A stretch of DNA of 64,000 bases, taken from the IMG/VR virus record IMGVR_UViG_3300035670_000087; one strand, 5' to 3'. Within the stretch, counting starts at the first letter, position 1, and every line of letters starts with the position of its first letter. Shown here one piece after another: positions 1 to 12,000 of this stretch. Made by a program: the position numbers and the translations under genes. The notes below the pieces were generated by a model. The model worked only from the letters and a program-made list of their open reading frames with translations, did not search any database and was not told where the DNA came from. Origin of the DNA: a virus.

Positions 1-480
1 TAGTGGTGATCCTGTTAAAGTTCCATAAGTGTCAAAAGGGTATGTATTGTATATTTTATAATAGGCATATGTTGATAGTCCTCCAATAATCTCAGCAGAG
101 GGGCATACAACTGTTATAATGACTATATCCCCTGCATTCCCAGTTACAGATATTCTGTTATATGATCTTCTATCATCTGAAAAAGCTGACAACGCATCCC
201 CAAAACTAGTTCCGGAACAAGTTCCATTTTGGGTATGATTATAGCTAAGAAACTCAGACATAGCATGTTGAGCATTTCTATCAGGCTTTGACGTAGAGTT
301 TTGATTTATACCTGCATATCCATATAGTAATTCAAATTTACTATCAAAATTTCCTCTAGACAATCTAGAGAGGCTATAGTTTGTAGCTTTCCCTGACTGC
401 GTAGTTTCATAAGATATTTGAGTATTAGCAGAAAAAAAGCTAGAACTTATTGATATTTGTCCGCTACTAGGTAATGCCAT
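1..480 (-). CDS. Partial (runs off left edge) tail-fibre-associated protein, not in the supplied ORF track
   Basis: Manual translation from ATG at 480 is open to position 1: MALPSSGQISISSSFFSANT...QHAMSEFLSYNH...; the MALPSSG / MSEF-x-xY pattern is typical of small proteins downstream of phage fibre genes. Confidence 0.65.
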   Translation of the reverse strand, partial: MALPSSGQISISSSFFSANTQISYETTQSGKATNYSLSRLSRGNFDSKFELLYGYAGINQNSTSKPDRNAQHAMSEFLSYNHTQNGTCSGTSFGDALSAFSDDRRSYNRISVTGNAGDIVIITVVCPSAEIIGGLSTYAYYKIYNTYPFDTYGTLTGSPL

Positions 481-489
481 CTTATATGA

Positions 490-834
490 TTATAACCAAG
501 GAGATGGTTGTATTAATACAGTTGGATGTATTTTAGATTCTATTCTATTTTCTAAAGATTGTTGTATAGAATTAACTTCATCTATTCCCATAGCATTCTC
601 TACCCATGAATATACAATTTCTCTTGTTAATTCATTAAAAGGTATAAAGGTTGATCCGCTTTCATAAGTAACGTAAGTAACTCCAGTTTCAAAATCAGAG
701 TAGTAGTCATTAGTTTCTAGAGATCCTGTTGATGCATAACATTGCCAATGTACTTTAAAAACTACATCAACTTGTCCTTCAACAGTTGGATAAGATTCTA
801 AAGGATTAAATTGCCATTCGTAAGTGTAAGACAT
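490..834 (-). CDS. Small tail-fibre-associated hypothetical protein
   Basis: 114 aa, tightly packed after the S74 fibre; YEWQFNPLE...DVVFKVHW pattern recalls fibre-assembly-type proteins. Confidence 0.6.
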   Translation of the reverse strand: MSYTYEWQFNPLESYPTVEGQVDVVFKVHWQCYASTGSLETNDYYSDFETGVTYVTYESGSTFIPFNELTREIVYSWVENAMGIDEVNSIQQSLENRIESKIHPTVLIQPSPWL

Positions 835-835
835 T

Positions 836-1645
836 TTATTTATTTTTTATAAGTTCATGTAATTCTTTTATAGCTTCTATCAAAACAGGTACTAACCTTT
901 CATATTTTACAGTTAAGTAATCTTCTCCAGATTTAGAAGATCCATCATGGTCCATATCAAAAGGAGCTTTTTCTACTGCTTCCGGAAACACTTTCTGTAT
1001 TTCTTGAGCTAATACTCCTATTTTTTGTCTTGGATCTTCGGTAGCCCTTAGCTGCAAAGCTAACTCATTTGGTTTATAATAATACCCTCCTATCTTATTT
1101 ATTTTTTCTAATGCAGATTCTATAGGTATTATGTCTTTTTTTAATCTTTGATCAGAATAGTAAGCTATTACGTCACCTCCAAAATATCCTGTACCTAATC
1201 CTTGTATGTTTCCAGTAGCATAAATAGCCCCTACTATATGTGCTGAGTACTGGGGGTTATTTGTCTGAACCCCTAACCTATAGCCTACAAATACGGATCC
1301 TGAGGCTTCTAGTCCTCCTCTTATATAAGCGCCGCTAGATGTTATATTTACAGTAGATCCTAAAGCAGAATATGCTCCTAAATTTACTGTATAATCAGCA
1401 AATGCCTCCATTACGGGTACGCCTGCTATAGTATTTACAGAAAATATAGAATCAGATAAATCATCAGATACTTCAAATAATCTTCCATTATTACCCTCTA
1501 TAGAAAACAGTTCCGTTCTTCCTAAAGAACCGGATCCATATAGGAGTAAGGACCCTGAAGGGGCTTGGGTTAAGGATGAACTAAAGTTTAAAGAACTTGT
1601 AAATCCTATAACACTTGCTGCTGGTATTATTCTTATATCTGCCAT
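836..1645 (-). CDS. Short tail fibre/spike with C-terminal intramolecular chaperone (peptidase S74)
   Basis: SDQRLKKDIIPIESALEKI...GVLAQEIQKVFPEAV...YLTVKYERLVPVLIEAIKEL is the S74 autocleaving chaperone signature. Confidence 0.9.
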   Translation of the reverse strand: MADIRIIPAASVIGFTSSLNFSSSLTQAPSGSLLLYGSGSLGRTELFSIEGNNGRLFEVSDDLSDSIFSVNTIAGVPVMEAFADYTVNLGAYSALGSTVNITSSGAYIRGGLEASGSVFVGYRLGVQTNNPQYSAHIVGAIYATGNIQGLGTGYFGGDVIAYYSDQRLKKDIIPIESALEKINKIGGYYYKPNELALQLRATEDPRQKIGVLAQEIQKVFPEAVEKAPFDMDHDGSSKSGEDYLTVKYERLVPVLIEAIKELHELIKNK

Positions 1646-1648
1646 TTA

Positions 1649-1987
1649 TTATAATAGTGGTATTGGAGAAGCCCACTCTTCTGTTTGTAAGAGTTCTAAG
1701 ATATCTTTGTACTTATACTCCGGGTATTCTGGAGAATATATATCTGGTCTGCCATATATTCCAGCTTCTATAATATAGCTTCCTGTTTCTTTAGTTTCTG
1801 CATTAATAAATTGTTCTGTATAACTTGCTGTAACTTCTACTATATCATATTTTATAAAAGTTTTAGTTTTATCTATATTAAATCTTAAAGAATCCTGTGA
1901 TTTTTCTATCGTTTGAGAAAAATTTATAGACCCTGTAATACTTGTGGGAATTACTATCCATCTCCTATTTTCTAATAAATTCTCCAT
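1649..1987 (-). CDS. Hypothetical protein of the fibre module
   Basis: 112 aa ORF in operon packing, TATTTATA motif 5 nt upstream of ATG. Confidence 0.7.
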   Translation of the reverse strand: MENLLENRRWIVIPTSITGSINFSQTIEKSQDSLRFNIDKTKTFIKYDIVEVTASYTEQFINAETKETGSYIIEAGIYGRPDIYSPEYPEYKYKDILELLQTEEWASPIPLL

Positions 1988-1992
1988 TTATA

Positions 1993-2000
1993 TATAAATA
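1993..2000 (-). promoter_or_regulatory. TATTTATA putative late-promoter motif
   Basis: 5 nt upstream of ATG 1987. Confidence 0.6.
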
Positions 2001-3215
2001 TTAAGCTAAATTAAATCGTCTTTTATAGTTTGCATAGTTGTCTAGTATTTCAATATTAGATAGGTTTCTGTTGTATATTTTAGCCACGGCTACATATCCA
2101 CTAAATGGGTACCAATTAGTAGTCTGACCATCTCCTATATTAATACTGTTGCCTAAATTAGTTGGAGATCCTGAAAAAGTGTTAGACCCTCTAGATACCC
2201 CATTTATATAAATGGTGTTGGTAGTATTTACACCATCATAATATCTAGTACATACTACATGATTCCACACATTTAGAGATATAGTACCAGCTGATGTTGT
2301 TACTGTTCTTTGTACAGATGCTATATAATCAGAAAATATAATGCTATTTCCTTGATATACTCCCATATATGGTAAGAAACTTCCCATAAACATATTAAAA
2401 GTGTTTACACTTCCTAAGCATTTTATAACTACTTCAAATGTTGCATTTGCTCCTGGATACGTTATATCTGTTGTTATATTATCATCAGTTCCATCAAAAA
2501 GTAAAGATCCGCTAGCATCAAAAGATACTGAGGTTAAATCTATACCTATATTTTTAGATAGGTTATATAAAGATTGAGTTGAAGACCTAGTTGCTGCTAC
2601 TGGTAAAAACTGTCTAGGTCTCAGTACTTGAGATCCTTGACTTATCATAACTCCTGCTAATTGGACTTTGTTATAGGTGGCATACTCATAATGAAATAAA
2701 TAAGGCCTTATATAAGTAGCACTAGCATTAGTTGTAAAAGTTCCCCACGCATGTTTCCAACCTCCTCCTAAATCTTCTTGTCTGGTTGAGTCTAGCAATC
2801 CAAACTCCGATATAAGTCCTGAGGCTCCATATTGGTATTGGTACATATAGTTAGGACTTGAATATCCTGTTTCTGTTCTATATATTATCTGATACACGTA
2901 CTCCGTACTAGCATTTACAGAAATCTGATTAAAATAGAATAGATTTGGACAACACTGGCCGGATCCTCCAACATAATCGTTATATATATTACAATATGTT
3001 ACATTTCTAACTCCTCCCAATCCTTGTATATATACATCTTCTGTGCCGTAGTTAGTTTTGAAATAGAGGGTATCATTTGTACCTTGAAGATTGGTAATCA
3101 AGGGTACTAAATTAGTAGTAGGCTTACCTTTAAAACAATTATAAGGGTCTCCGGTATCATATGAAAATATCATACCATTAGTCACATTTTTAGAAAATCC
3201 TTGATTAGCTGCCAT
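2001..3215 (-). CDS. LamG/concanavalin-A-like lectin-domain virion protein with a central CBM-like domain
   Basis: FDGTDD, WNHVVCT, IYINGV, FSGYVAVAKIYNRNLSNIEILDNY are LamG-like beta-sandwich motifs. Confidence 0.85.
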   Translation of the reverse strand: MAANQGFSKNVTNGMIFSYDTGDPYNCFKGKPTTNLVPLITNLQGTNDTLYFKTNYGTEDVYIQGLGGVRNVTYCNIYNDYVGGSGQCCPNLFYFNQISVNASTEYVYQIIYRTETGYSSPNYMYQYQYGASGLISEFGLLDSTRQEDLGGGWKHAWGTFTTNASATYIRPYLFHYEYATYNKVQLAGVMISQGSQVLRPRQFLPVAATRSSTQSLYNLSKNIGIDLTSVSFDASGSLLFDGTDDNITTDITYPGANATFEVVIKCLGSVNTFNMFMGSFLPYMGVYQGNSIIFSDYIASVQRTVTTSAGTISLNVWNHVVCTRYYDGVNTTNTIYINGVSRGSNTFSGSPTNLGNSINIGDGQTTNWYPFSGYVAVAKIYNRNLSNIEILDNYANYKRRFNLA

Positions 3216-3216
3216 A

Positions 3217-5376
3217 TTATACTATACAAGTTCCGTTATTCGTTATTATTACATTAGAAATAGGCTGCACAGATTGTGCGCATACAAATTCTGTAGACAG
3301 TCCATTTACTGTTATTGAAGTAGAGGCTCCTGAACAATCCACATATGACACTACTCTAGGAGATCCTGCTGAATTATACAATTCATAAGAATCACACGGC
3401 ACAGGTGTTGATGTAGGAGCTTGGGTAGATGTAGGAGTTGGGGTAGGTGTAAATGTTGGTGGTAAAGGAGTTGGGGTTGAGGTAGGAATAGGAGTTGGGG
3501 TAGGTGTAAATGTTGGTGGTAAAGGAGTTGGGGTTGAGGTAGGAATAGGAGTTGGGGTTGAAGTGGCTGGTAATGGTGTAGGTGTGGATGTTGGAATAGG
3601 AGTTGGAGTAGCTGTAGCTGGTAAAGGAGTTGGAGTAGCTGTAGCTGGTAAAGGAGTTGGGGTTGAAGTAGGGACAGGAGTTGGGGTTGCTGTAGCTGGT
3701 AATGGTGTTGGAGTTGAAGTAGGAATAGGTGTTGGGGTTGGTGTAGCTGGTAAAGGAGTTGGGGTTGCTGTAGGTGTAGATGTTGGGGTAGGAGTAGGAG
3801 TAGATGTTGGAGTAGGAGTAGATGTTGGGGTAGGAGTAGATGTTGGAACAGGAGTTGGAGTAGGTAAGTACACAAATCTAGTTCTATAAGATTCGTAGTT
3901 GCTTTTTATTTCTGCTCCTGACAATACTCTATTATATACTCTGGCAATAGATATGTAGCAAGGAGTGTTATAACCTCCTCCGTGATAAGCTCCTAAATAA
4001 AATTTACCAGTTCCGGTAGTAGTTGTGTTTAAAGCTCCGGCAGATCCTATATAATTACCATCTATGTATAAAAAAGCTCCTACAGAGCTATTATTAACTA
4101 CCACTATGTGGTGATACTTTCCGTCTGGATGATAAGAATTAGAAAATGGGTTAGCTGTTCCATTTCCTATATTCCAATATATAGCATTAGAGTAGAAATA
4201 TAGATTAGGTCCGGAAGCATAATTATCCCCATTAACGGAAATAGGTATGACGTTATTATAGCTAGATGCTTGTATCATCATTTCCCAAGTACTATCTTTT
4301 CCTAATATTATATCTGCATTTAAATAATCGTCTGTACCATCAAAATAGAAATTACTACTAGCATCATAAGATAAGTTTCCTATGTTTATACTATTTTTTT
4401 TAGTGCTAATATCTAACAATCCTTGTGTAGATGATCTAGTAGATAGCGTAAATGCAGTAGCATGTCCTTTATTTATTTCTACTTGTAAATCAGATATATC
4501 AAGATCGTAAGGAACTAAAGCCCCTTGTGGAAACCAGTATTGATAAAAACTATATGTAGCAGATGCAATCCATGTATATGTAAATTTTTGCCAAACCCCC
4601 ATAAATCCTAAAATAGTAGACACACTAGGGGCAGAAGCGCCTCCAAAATAAGTTGCCCATACCACACTTTTTCCTTCTGCACTTTTAGTAACAGGTTTTA
4701 TCCAAAAAGACACAGTAACAATATTCCCTATAGTAACTGGGGTATAGACATTATAAGCCATGCCGTCCGCTACATTGTCCCCTCTGTACACATGTAATCT
4801 TATGCATGTTGTATTCTTAACATACCCCGGAGAGACTACTTCTTTTATTAAGCCTGAATTTGGTAAATGTGGATACCCCCACCACATGGTAGGGAAATCA
4901 ACAGAATTTATAGATATTTTAATATCCTTTGCATATGCATCGTGTACTTTGTAAAATCCTGTGTCTGGATTTACAAATCCTTGAGATCCATCTTGAGATG
5001 AATTATACTCATGTAAACTGAATTGAGTATCAGATATTTTTTTTACCACATAATTAACCCCTGCTGTTACTCCGCCTCCTGTTGTTTGTGGTGTAACAAC
5101 ATCAAAACTTCTTAAAGGATGTGCCGCAGTTAAAGTCACTATATTGCTAGTAACATCACTAATAGTCCCTATACTAAAATAACTACCGTTGTTATATTGA
5201 TTTACATTGTAAGTCCCCCATAAATTTCCAAAAGTAAACCTACCATTAAGTTCTGGGTTTGGTAATATATTAGTTGTAGGTTCTCCTACATAAGAATTTA
5301 TCTTATCTCCCGTATCATATGCAAGAGCTACGGAAGAAGTATCAAAAACTATTCTAGGTCCTGTTGTTGTAGGCAT
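3217..5376 (-). CDS. LamG-domain virion protein with C-terminal Pro/Thr mucin-like linker and small Cys domain
   Basis: FDGTDDY...YHHIVVV...LYIDG...[17 protein letters not shown], then about 145 aa of PT/PTST/ATAT repeats and a Cys-containing tail (CDSYEL...DCSG...VCAQ...GTCIV). Confidence 0.85.
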   Translation of the reverse strand: MPTTTGPRIVFDTSSVALAYDTGDKINSYVGEPTTNILPNPELNGRFTFGNLWGTYNVNQYNNGSYFSIGTISDVTSNIVTLTAAHPLRSFDVVTPQTTGGGVTAGVNYVVKKISDTQFSLHEYNSSQDGSQGFVNPDTGFYKVHDAYAKDIKISINSVDFPTMWWGYPHLPNSGLIKEVVSPGYVKNTTCIRLHVYRGDNVADGMAYNVYTPVTIGNIVTVSFWIKPVTKSAEGKSVVWATYFGGASAPSVSTILGFMGVWQKFTYTWIASATYSFYQYWFPQGALVPYDLDISDLQVEINKGHATAFTLSTRSSTQGLLDISTKKNSINIGNLSYDASSNFYFDGTDDYLNADIILGKDSTWEMMIQASSYNNVIPISVNGDNYASGPNLYFYSNAIYWNIGNGTANPFSNSYHPDGKYHHIVVVNNSSVGAFLYIDGNYIGSAGALNTTTTGTGKFYLGAYHGGGYNTPCYISIARVYNRVLSGAEIKSNYESYRTRFVYLPTPTPVPTSTPTPTSTPTPTSTPTPTPTSTPTATPTPLPATPTPTPIPTSTPTPLPATATPTPVPTSTPTPLPATATPTPLPATATPTPIPTSTPTPLPATSTPTPIPTSTPTPLPPTFTPTPTPIPTSTPTPLPPTFTPTPTPTSTQAPTSTPVPCDSYELYNSAGSPRVVSYVDCSGASTSITVNGLSTEFVCAQSVQPISNVIITNNGTCIV
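3434..3547. repeat. Perfect 57-bp tandem duplication inside the Pro/Thr linker
   Basis: ggagttggggtaggtgtaaatgttggtggtaaaggagttggggttgaggtaggaata at 3434-3490 and 3491-3547. Confidence 0.9.
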
Positions 5377-5378
5377 GA

Positions 5379-6050
5379 TTATAATAAAAATCTACGTCTT
5401 ATTGCATTAAAATTTTGTAATACTTGTCCTTTACTTAAGGCTATATCATATGCTACTACGCAAGCCATATCCCCTTCCCAATACCCTGCGTAGCCATTTC
5501 CTATTGTTATGCTAGTAGTTGTATACGGAAGGGCTCCATATGGGTTTGTCATAGTAGCAGTCTGTACTCCATTTTTATACCAAACAACAGTGTTTATATC
5601 TCTTGTTGCGCACATAACATTCCAAACTCCTGTAGAAGTTGTTCCACTATTTAGAGCTGTGTAAGGAGTACTATTTCCTCCATTATCTCCATAAAAATAG
5701 TTTATATTAACTCCTTGTTCATGAGTCCATGTTCCATACCCTCCATATGCTTGGTTCCAAGGGTTTTTTCTTCCAGAAGTGTAAGTATGTCTCATAACTA
5801 TCATAACAGTCTGTCCTTCTGAAAAATTTAAACTTCCACTATTGCTAGTTATTGTTCCATAATTACTGGTTCCATTAAAAGTAAAATAATTACCTGAATG
5901 CCCAGGTGCGTTTGGTAGAGAACAGTGATTACCAAATCCACTAATATCATACCAAACACTTCCTGATCCAGAATAGGATCTCTTATCCGCTGCATCTAAA
6001 ATAAGAGATATTCCTTCGAGAACTATTCTAGGTCCGTAATTTTGTGCCAT
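5379..6050 (-). CDS. Single-domain LamG/concanavalin-A-like protein
   Basis: [54 protein letters not shown]. Confidence 0.85.
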   Translation of the reverse strand: MAQNYGPRIVLEGISLILDAADKRSYSGSGSVWYDISGFGNHCSLPNAPGHSGNYFTFNGTSNYGTITSNSGSLNFSEGQTVMIVMRHTYTSGRKNPWNQAYGGYGTWTHEQGVNINYFYGDNGGNSTPYTALNSGTTSTGVWNVMCATRDINTVVWYKNGVQTATMTNPYGALPYTTTSITIGNGYAGYWEGDMACVVAYDIALSKGQVLQNFNAIRRRFLL

Positions 6051-6052
6051 AA

Positions 6053-9000
6053 CTAATATTCTGTTATCAATTTGTCAACATCTTTACGTTCAGCAAATAT
6101 AGTATAATAACAATCTATATAATCTTCCGACCCTACTATTACTTTTTCATAATCACTAGATTTTACATATAAATTTTGATGCTTTCCTATAGGAGTTAAA
6201 TTTACTGTTATAGTATTTTCATCTACAAGATTAACCCAATGATCAGGTAATATTATAGTATTGTCTCCTTTTAGTCTTCCTCTTACATACACAGAGTGTT
6301 CTGGTCCTTCTAATACACCGTACTGCAATTTCATGCCAGGTTTAGTCGGATGGTCTATCACAAACGATTTTATCGTTGCTGTTAAGACCCCTGTAATATC
6401 TACAGTACCTACATTTATTGACATTACTTGTGTAACAGAGGTAGGGGATGAAGTAGTGGTTCCTGCTCCTATAGATAATCCTCCAATATTTCCACCATTG
6501 AACTGGATATACCCCATCCAGGTAGAATCTACTTTTTGTTGAATTCTATGTCCTGATGTGTACCAATCAGAGCCGTTTCCTATTCTAATGTTTGTTATCT
6601 CTAAATTATCAACATTAGTAGTAGTGGTAGTAAAGTTTTGAAGTAACACTCTATCTCCTGAGGTGCTTCCTAAAGATCCTCCCGATATTGTTAATTTAGA
6701 AGCAGGAGATGTAGTACCTACTCCCAACAAACCAGCACTGGATACGTATACAGTACCAGAAGCTCCATTTGCAGAGTTTATATACAAAGGTCTTGCAGTA
6801 TAAGCTCCTATATAAAAAGTACTATCTGTTTCTAATACTAAGTCTCCAGTACCATATAAGCTACCATTTCCAGTTGTTCTGGTTATGTTTAATATGGTAC
6901 CATCAAAAGTTAGATTACTTTCCGCAACTGCTGCATTTGTAGTTCCATCTGAAGTTAGTACTCTATTGTCTGCTGGATTAGATACAGTATTGAACCCTGT
7001 TCCGCTAGTACCAGATGTTCCACTCTCTCCCATTGGACCAAATCCAACATTAGTAAATGCTAAATTCGTATTATATATTGATGAATCAAGGTGTAAAGGA
7101 GAGCCAATAGATCTAGCTACAGTTCTAAGTAAAGTCCCATCTAAATAATACCTAACATTGTACCCATCATAAGTAACATATGCTACAGAATCTACTGTAT
7201 ACGATCCAAAAGAACCTATTGATCCTCCACTCTCATAAATTGAAACAGTTGCGTTATTAAAATAAAAAGCATAATCAATTGATATATAAGAAGCATTTGT
7301 TGTTGGATCTGAGTTTAATCCAATCATCGCATACCCGGTAGTTGACGATATTTTTGATGTTACAAATACACCTCTTACATAGCCTTGTTGAGAATAAACT
7401 TGTGAATCCCATGCATTATTTGTTCCACCAGTTTTTGTAAATACATCAGGACTAGGTCCTTGTGTTACATTTGTCATTACTGGTGTCCAGGTTAAAGATC
7501 CGTTTTGTCCACTAGATCCTGAAGAACCGGATGATCCTGTACTACCAGATGTACCCGATGTTCCTGTTGAACCAGATGAACCAGATGAACCAGATGAACC
7601 GCTAGAACCGCTAGTTCCTGTGGAACCAGAAGAACCAGAAGAACCTCTTGATCCAGAAGATCCGCTAGAACCAGTAGATCCACTTGAACCACTAGTTCCT
7701 GTGGAACCAGAAGAACCAGAAGAACCTCTTGATCCAGAAGATCCACTTGAACCACTAGTTCCTGTGGAACCAGAAGAACCTCTAGAACCAGAAGATCCGG
7801 AAGTACCGCTACTTCCACTAGTACCTGTTGAGCCGCTAGAACCACTAGTTCCTGTGCTACCAGATGATCCGCTTGTTCCTGTAGAACCAGAGCTACCTGA
7901 TGTACCGGTAGAGCCAGAAGAACCGCTAGATCCTCTTGTTCCTGAAGATCCAGAACTGCCAGAAGTTCCGGTAGACCCACTAGACCCGGAAGTACCTGTT
8001 GACCCTGATGATCCTGAAGTGCCAGTTGAACCACTAGAACCAGAAGTACCTGTTGAGCCGCTAGATCCTGATGTTCCTGTAGAACCACTAGTTCCTGTAG
8101 ATCCGGATGTGCCAGTAGAGCCAGAAGATCCGCTTGAACCAGTAGATCCACTTGAACCACTCGTTCCTGTAGATCCAGATGAGCCACTAGATCCTGATGT
8201 TCCGGTTGATCCTGATGTTCCTGTGGAACCGCTGCTACCAGAGCTACCAGTTGATCCAGAGGATCCTGATGTTCCAGATGAACCTGATGTACCTGATGAT
8301 CCAGCTGTGCCGTCAGCTCCACTAGTTCTATAATAAAATTGGCCTGTTGTAGGATCTACTACTACAAATCTAGTTAATCCTGCATTTAGTGCAAGATCTT
8401 TTATTGCTACAGACCCCGATATTTTAACACTTCCTGTAAATTCTTGACTATCTGTTAAAGAATCTCCAAATATGTTACTACCGCTGCTGTATATTACTGA
8501 AGATGTAACATATTGTACTACTAAAGTATTTGCGAATATACTGCCTGGTGTTACTATATTACCACTAACGTTTAATGTGCCTGTTACATTAAAACTGTTG
8601 TTTGCATATATTAAATTTATAGAAGCTGTAGCAGCATTTACAGTATTATCTGCAAGAATTACTCTGCCTATACCAGGATTATGTATTGTATTAAATCCTG
8701 TTCCGCTACTTCCAGAAGAACCGCTAGTTCCTGATGTACCACTAGACCCACTAGAACCAGTAGAACCAGATGAACCAGAAGTACCAGTTGATCCTGAAGA
8801 TCCAGAAGTACCTGTAGAACCAGATGAACCAGAAGTACCAGTTGATCCTGAAGAACCTGAAGTGCCACTAGTACCGGAAGAGCCTCTAGTACCTGATGTA
8901 CCGCTAGACCCACTAGAACCTGAGGTTCCAGAAGATCCTCCAGTTCCTGCAGTTCCAGAAGATCCTGAAGTTCCTGTAGATCCAGAACTGCCAGAAGTTC

Positions 9001-12000
9001 CAGTTGAGCCAGAGGAACCGCTTGATCCGCTAGAACCTGATGTTCCACTAGTTCCCGTAGAACCTGATGTTCCAGTAGATCCTGAACTGCCAGAAGACCC
9101 GCTAGTTCCTGCGCTACCTGATGTTCCTGTTGAGCCACTTGTACCTGTACTACCAGAGGTTCCTGTGGAACCACTACTACCAGATGAACCACTAGAGCCG
9201 CTACTTCCTGATGTTCCTGTGGAACCACTACTACCAGAAGATCCTCTTGTTCCTGAAGAACCTGAGCTACCAGAGGTTCCTGTTGAACCAGACGATCCTG
9301 AAGTCCCTGTAGATCCAGAACTACCTGATGTTCCTGAAGAACCTGAGCTACCAGAGGTTCCTGTTGAACCACTACTACCAGATGAGCCACTAGAGCCGCT
9401 ACTTCCTGATGTTCCTGTACTACCAGAGGTGCCTGTGCTACCGCTACTACCGGAGGAGCCAGTTGAACCACTAGTTCCTGATGTTCCTGTAGAACCACTA
9501 CTACCTGATGTTCCTGAAGAACCTGAGCTACCAGAGGTTCCTGTGGAACCACTAGTTCCTGATGTTCCTGTGGAACCACTACTACCAGAAGATCCTCTTG
9601 TTCCTGAAGAACCTGAGCTACCGCTTGTTCCAGAACTACCCGATGTTCCTGTGCTACCAGAGGTTCCTGTTGAACCACTAGTTCCTGTGCTACCAGATGA
9701 TCCACTAGAGCCGCTTGTCCCTGAACTTCCCGATGACCCAGAAGTACCTGTAGAACCGCTACTTCCACTAGTTCCAGTAGATCCAGAAGAACCTGAAGAA
9801 CCTGAAGAACCTGAAGAACCTGAAGAACCTGAAGAACCTGAAGAACCTGAAGAACCTGAAGAACCTGATGTTCCACTTGACCCTGATGTTCCTGTTGATC
9901 CAGAACTTCCAGATGTTCCATCTGCTCCACTAGTCCTATAAAAAACATTTCCATCCTGGTCTACTACTAAAAATAAATTAGCACTAGAGCTTATTGGAAT
10001 ATTTCTTAAACTTAAAGAACCAGTTATTTTTACACTTCCTGTAAATAAATGATTGTCGGTAACACTATCTCCAAATATATTACTACCGCTACTGTAAATT
10101 ACAGAGGATGTTATATATTGTACTACTAAAGTATTAGCAAAAATATTACCTGGGGTTGAAATGTTCCCACTAACATTAAGAGCCCCTGTAACATTGAAAC
10201 TGTTGTTAGTATATAGTAAATTTATAGACGCAGTTGCTGCGTTTGTAGTTCCATCTGATAAAATAACTCTACCTTGTGCTGGGCTGTTTATTGTATTAAA
10301 TCCTGTACCAGAACTTCCTGAGGAGCCACTTGTGCCAGTAGACCCGCCAGTACCTGAAGAACCTGATGAGCCAGATGTACCTGAGCTCCCTGAAGTGCCT
10401 GTACTGCCGCTGCTACCAGAACTTCCTCTAGATCCAGAAGACCCACTTGAGCCGCTTGATCCTGTTGATCCAGAACTTCCAGATGTTCCAGTAGATCCTG
10501 ATGAACCAGAGGTTCCTGTACTACCAGAAGAACCACTTGTACCTGATGAACCAGAGGTTCCAGATGATCCAGTTGATCCACTACTACCTGATGAACCAGA
10601 TGTACCTGAGCTTCCTCTAGTACCAGAAGAGCCAGAGGAACCGCTAGAGCCAGAAGATCCCCCTGTGCCACTTGTTCCACTACTTCCAGAGGACCCAGAA
10701 GTACCCGTTGAACCTGAAGAACCAGAACTACCGCTAGATCCTGCTGTGCCAGATATACCAGATGAACCAGAGGTTCCTGTAGAACCAGATGTGCCAGAAG
10801 ATCCTGCTGTGCCACTTGTGCCAGAAGAACCGGAAGTTCCTGAAGTACCAGATGAACCACTTGTACCTGTACTACCAGATGAACCAGATGTTCCTGTAGA
10901 TCCTGAAGTTCCACTACTTCCACTAGTACCAGTCGATCCTGAAGTACCTGAGGTACCAGAAGAGCCTGTAGAACCTGAGGAGCCACTTGACCCTGTTGAT
11001 CCGCTTGTACCTGATGTACCGCTAGTACCAGTTGAACCGGAAGATCCAGAGGATCCTGTAGTTCCAGAAGTTCCCGATGTGCCGGAAGTACCACTACTTC
11101 CTCTAGTTCCTGAAGTTCCTGATGACCCAGAGCTGCCAGAAGTACCTGTAGATCCGGAAGAACCAGATGTACCTGTACTACCGCTTGATCCGCTTGTTCC
11201 TGAACTACCGTTTTGTCCTGAAGTTCCTGATGACCCACTAGAACCAGAAGTACCAGATGATCCGGAACTACCGTCTCCCCCACTAGCACCTGCCAAATTT
11301 ATACTCCAAGAAGAATAAGTTCCGCTACCTACTGTTGTACTAGGTGTAATAAATGTCAACAATCCTGTTATAGGATCATAAGATGATACTTGAGCTTCTT
11401 GATAATTATTTAAATCATAAGCTATTACTACAGTTTGTGTAATAGAATAAGCTAAGCCTGTTCCAACATAAAGGCTTCCACTGTTTCCTAAAGTAAATGA
11501 TCCAGTAGAAGATGTTAGATATCTATCTCCAGATAAACCTGCAGTACCTGAAGATCCAGAAGAGCCTGATGTTCCGGTTGATCCGCTAGAGCCGGATGAA
11601 CCTGAAGAGCCTGATGTTCCGGTACTACCGCTAGTACCAGTGGACCCTGATGATCCAGATGTGCCTGTAGATCCGCTACTGCCAGAAGAGCCTGATGTAC
11701 CAGATGACCCACTAGAACCAGAAGTACCAGTTGATCCTGATGTACCTGTTGTTCCTGAGCTGCCACCAGTACCCGAAGTACCTGTACTACCAGAAGATCC
11801 TGAACTTCCAGAAGAGCCAGATGAACCTGCTGTACCAGATGTTCCAGAACTTCCTCTAGATCCAGAAGATCCACTAGAACCTGAGGTACCTGTTGAACCG
11901 CTTGAACCACTAGTCCCACTAGAACCTGACGATCCCGTAGTTCCAGAAGTACCGGAAGATCCAGAAGTACCTGTAGTTCCTGACGATCCAGTAGACCCTG

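Noticed and set aside
3351-3889. 174-aa and 108-aa ORFs over the PT tract (likewise 41265-41576, 48057-48896, 50495-50968)
   Set aside because: Antisense or frame-shifted shadows of Pro/Thr repeats (VGVG patterns)
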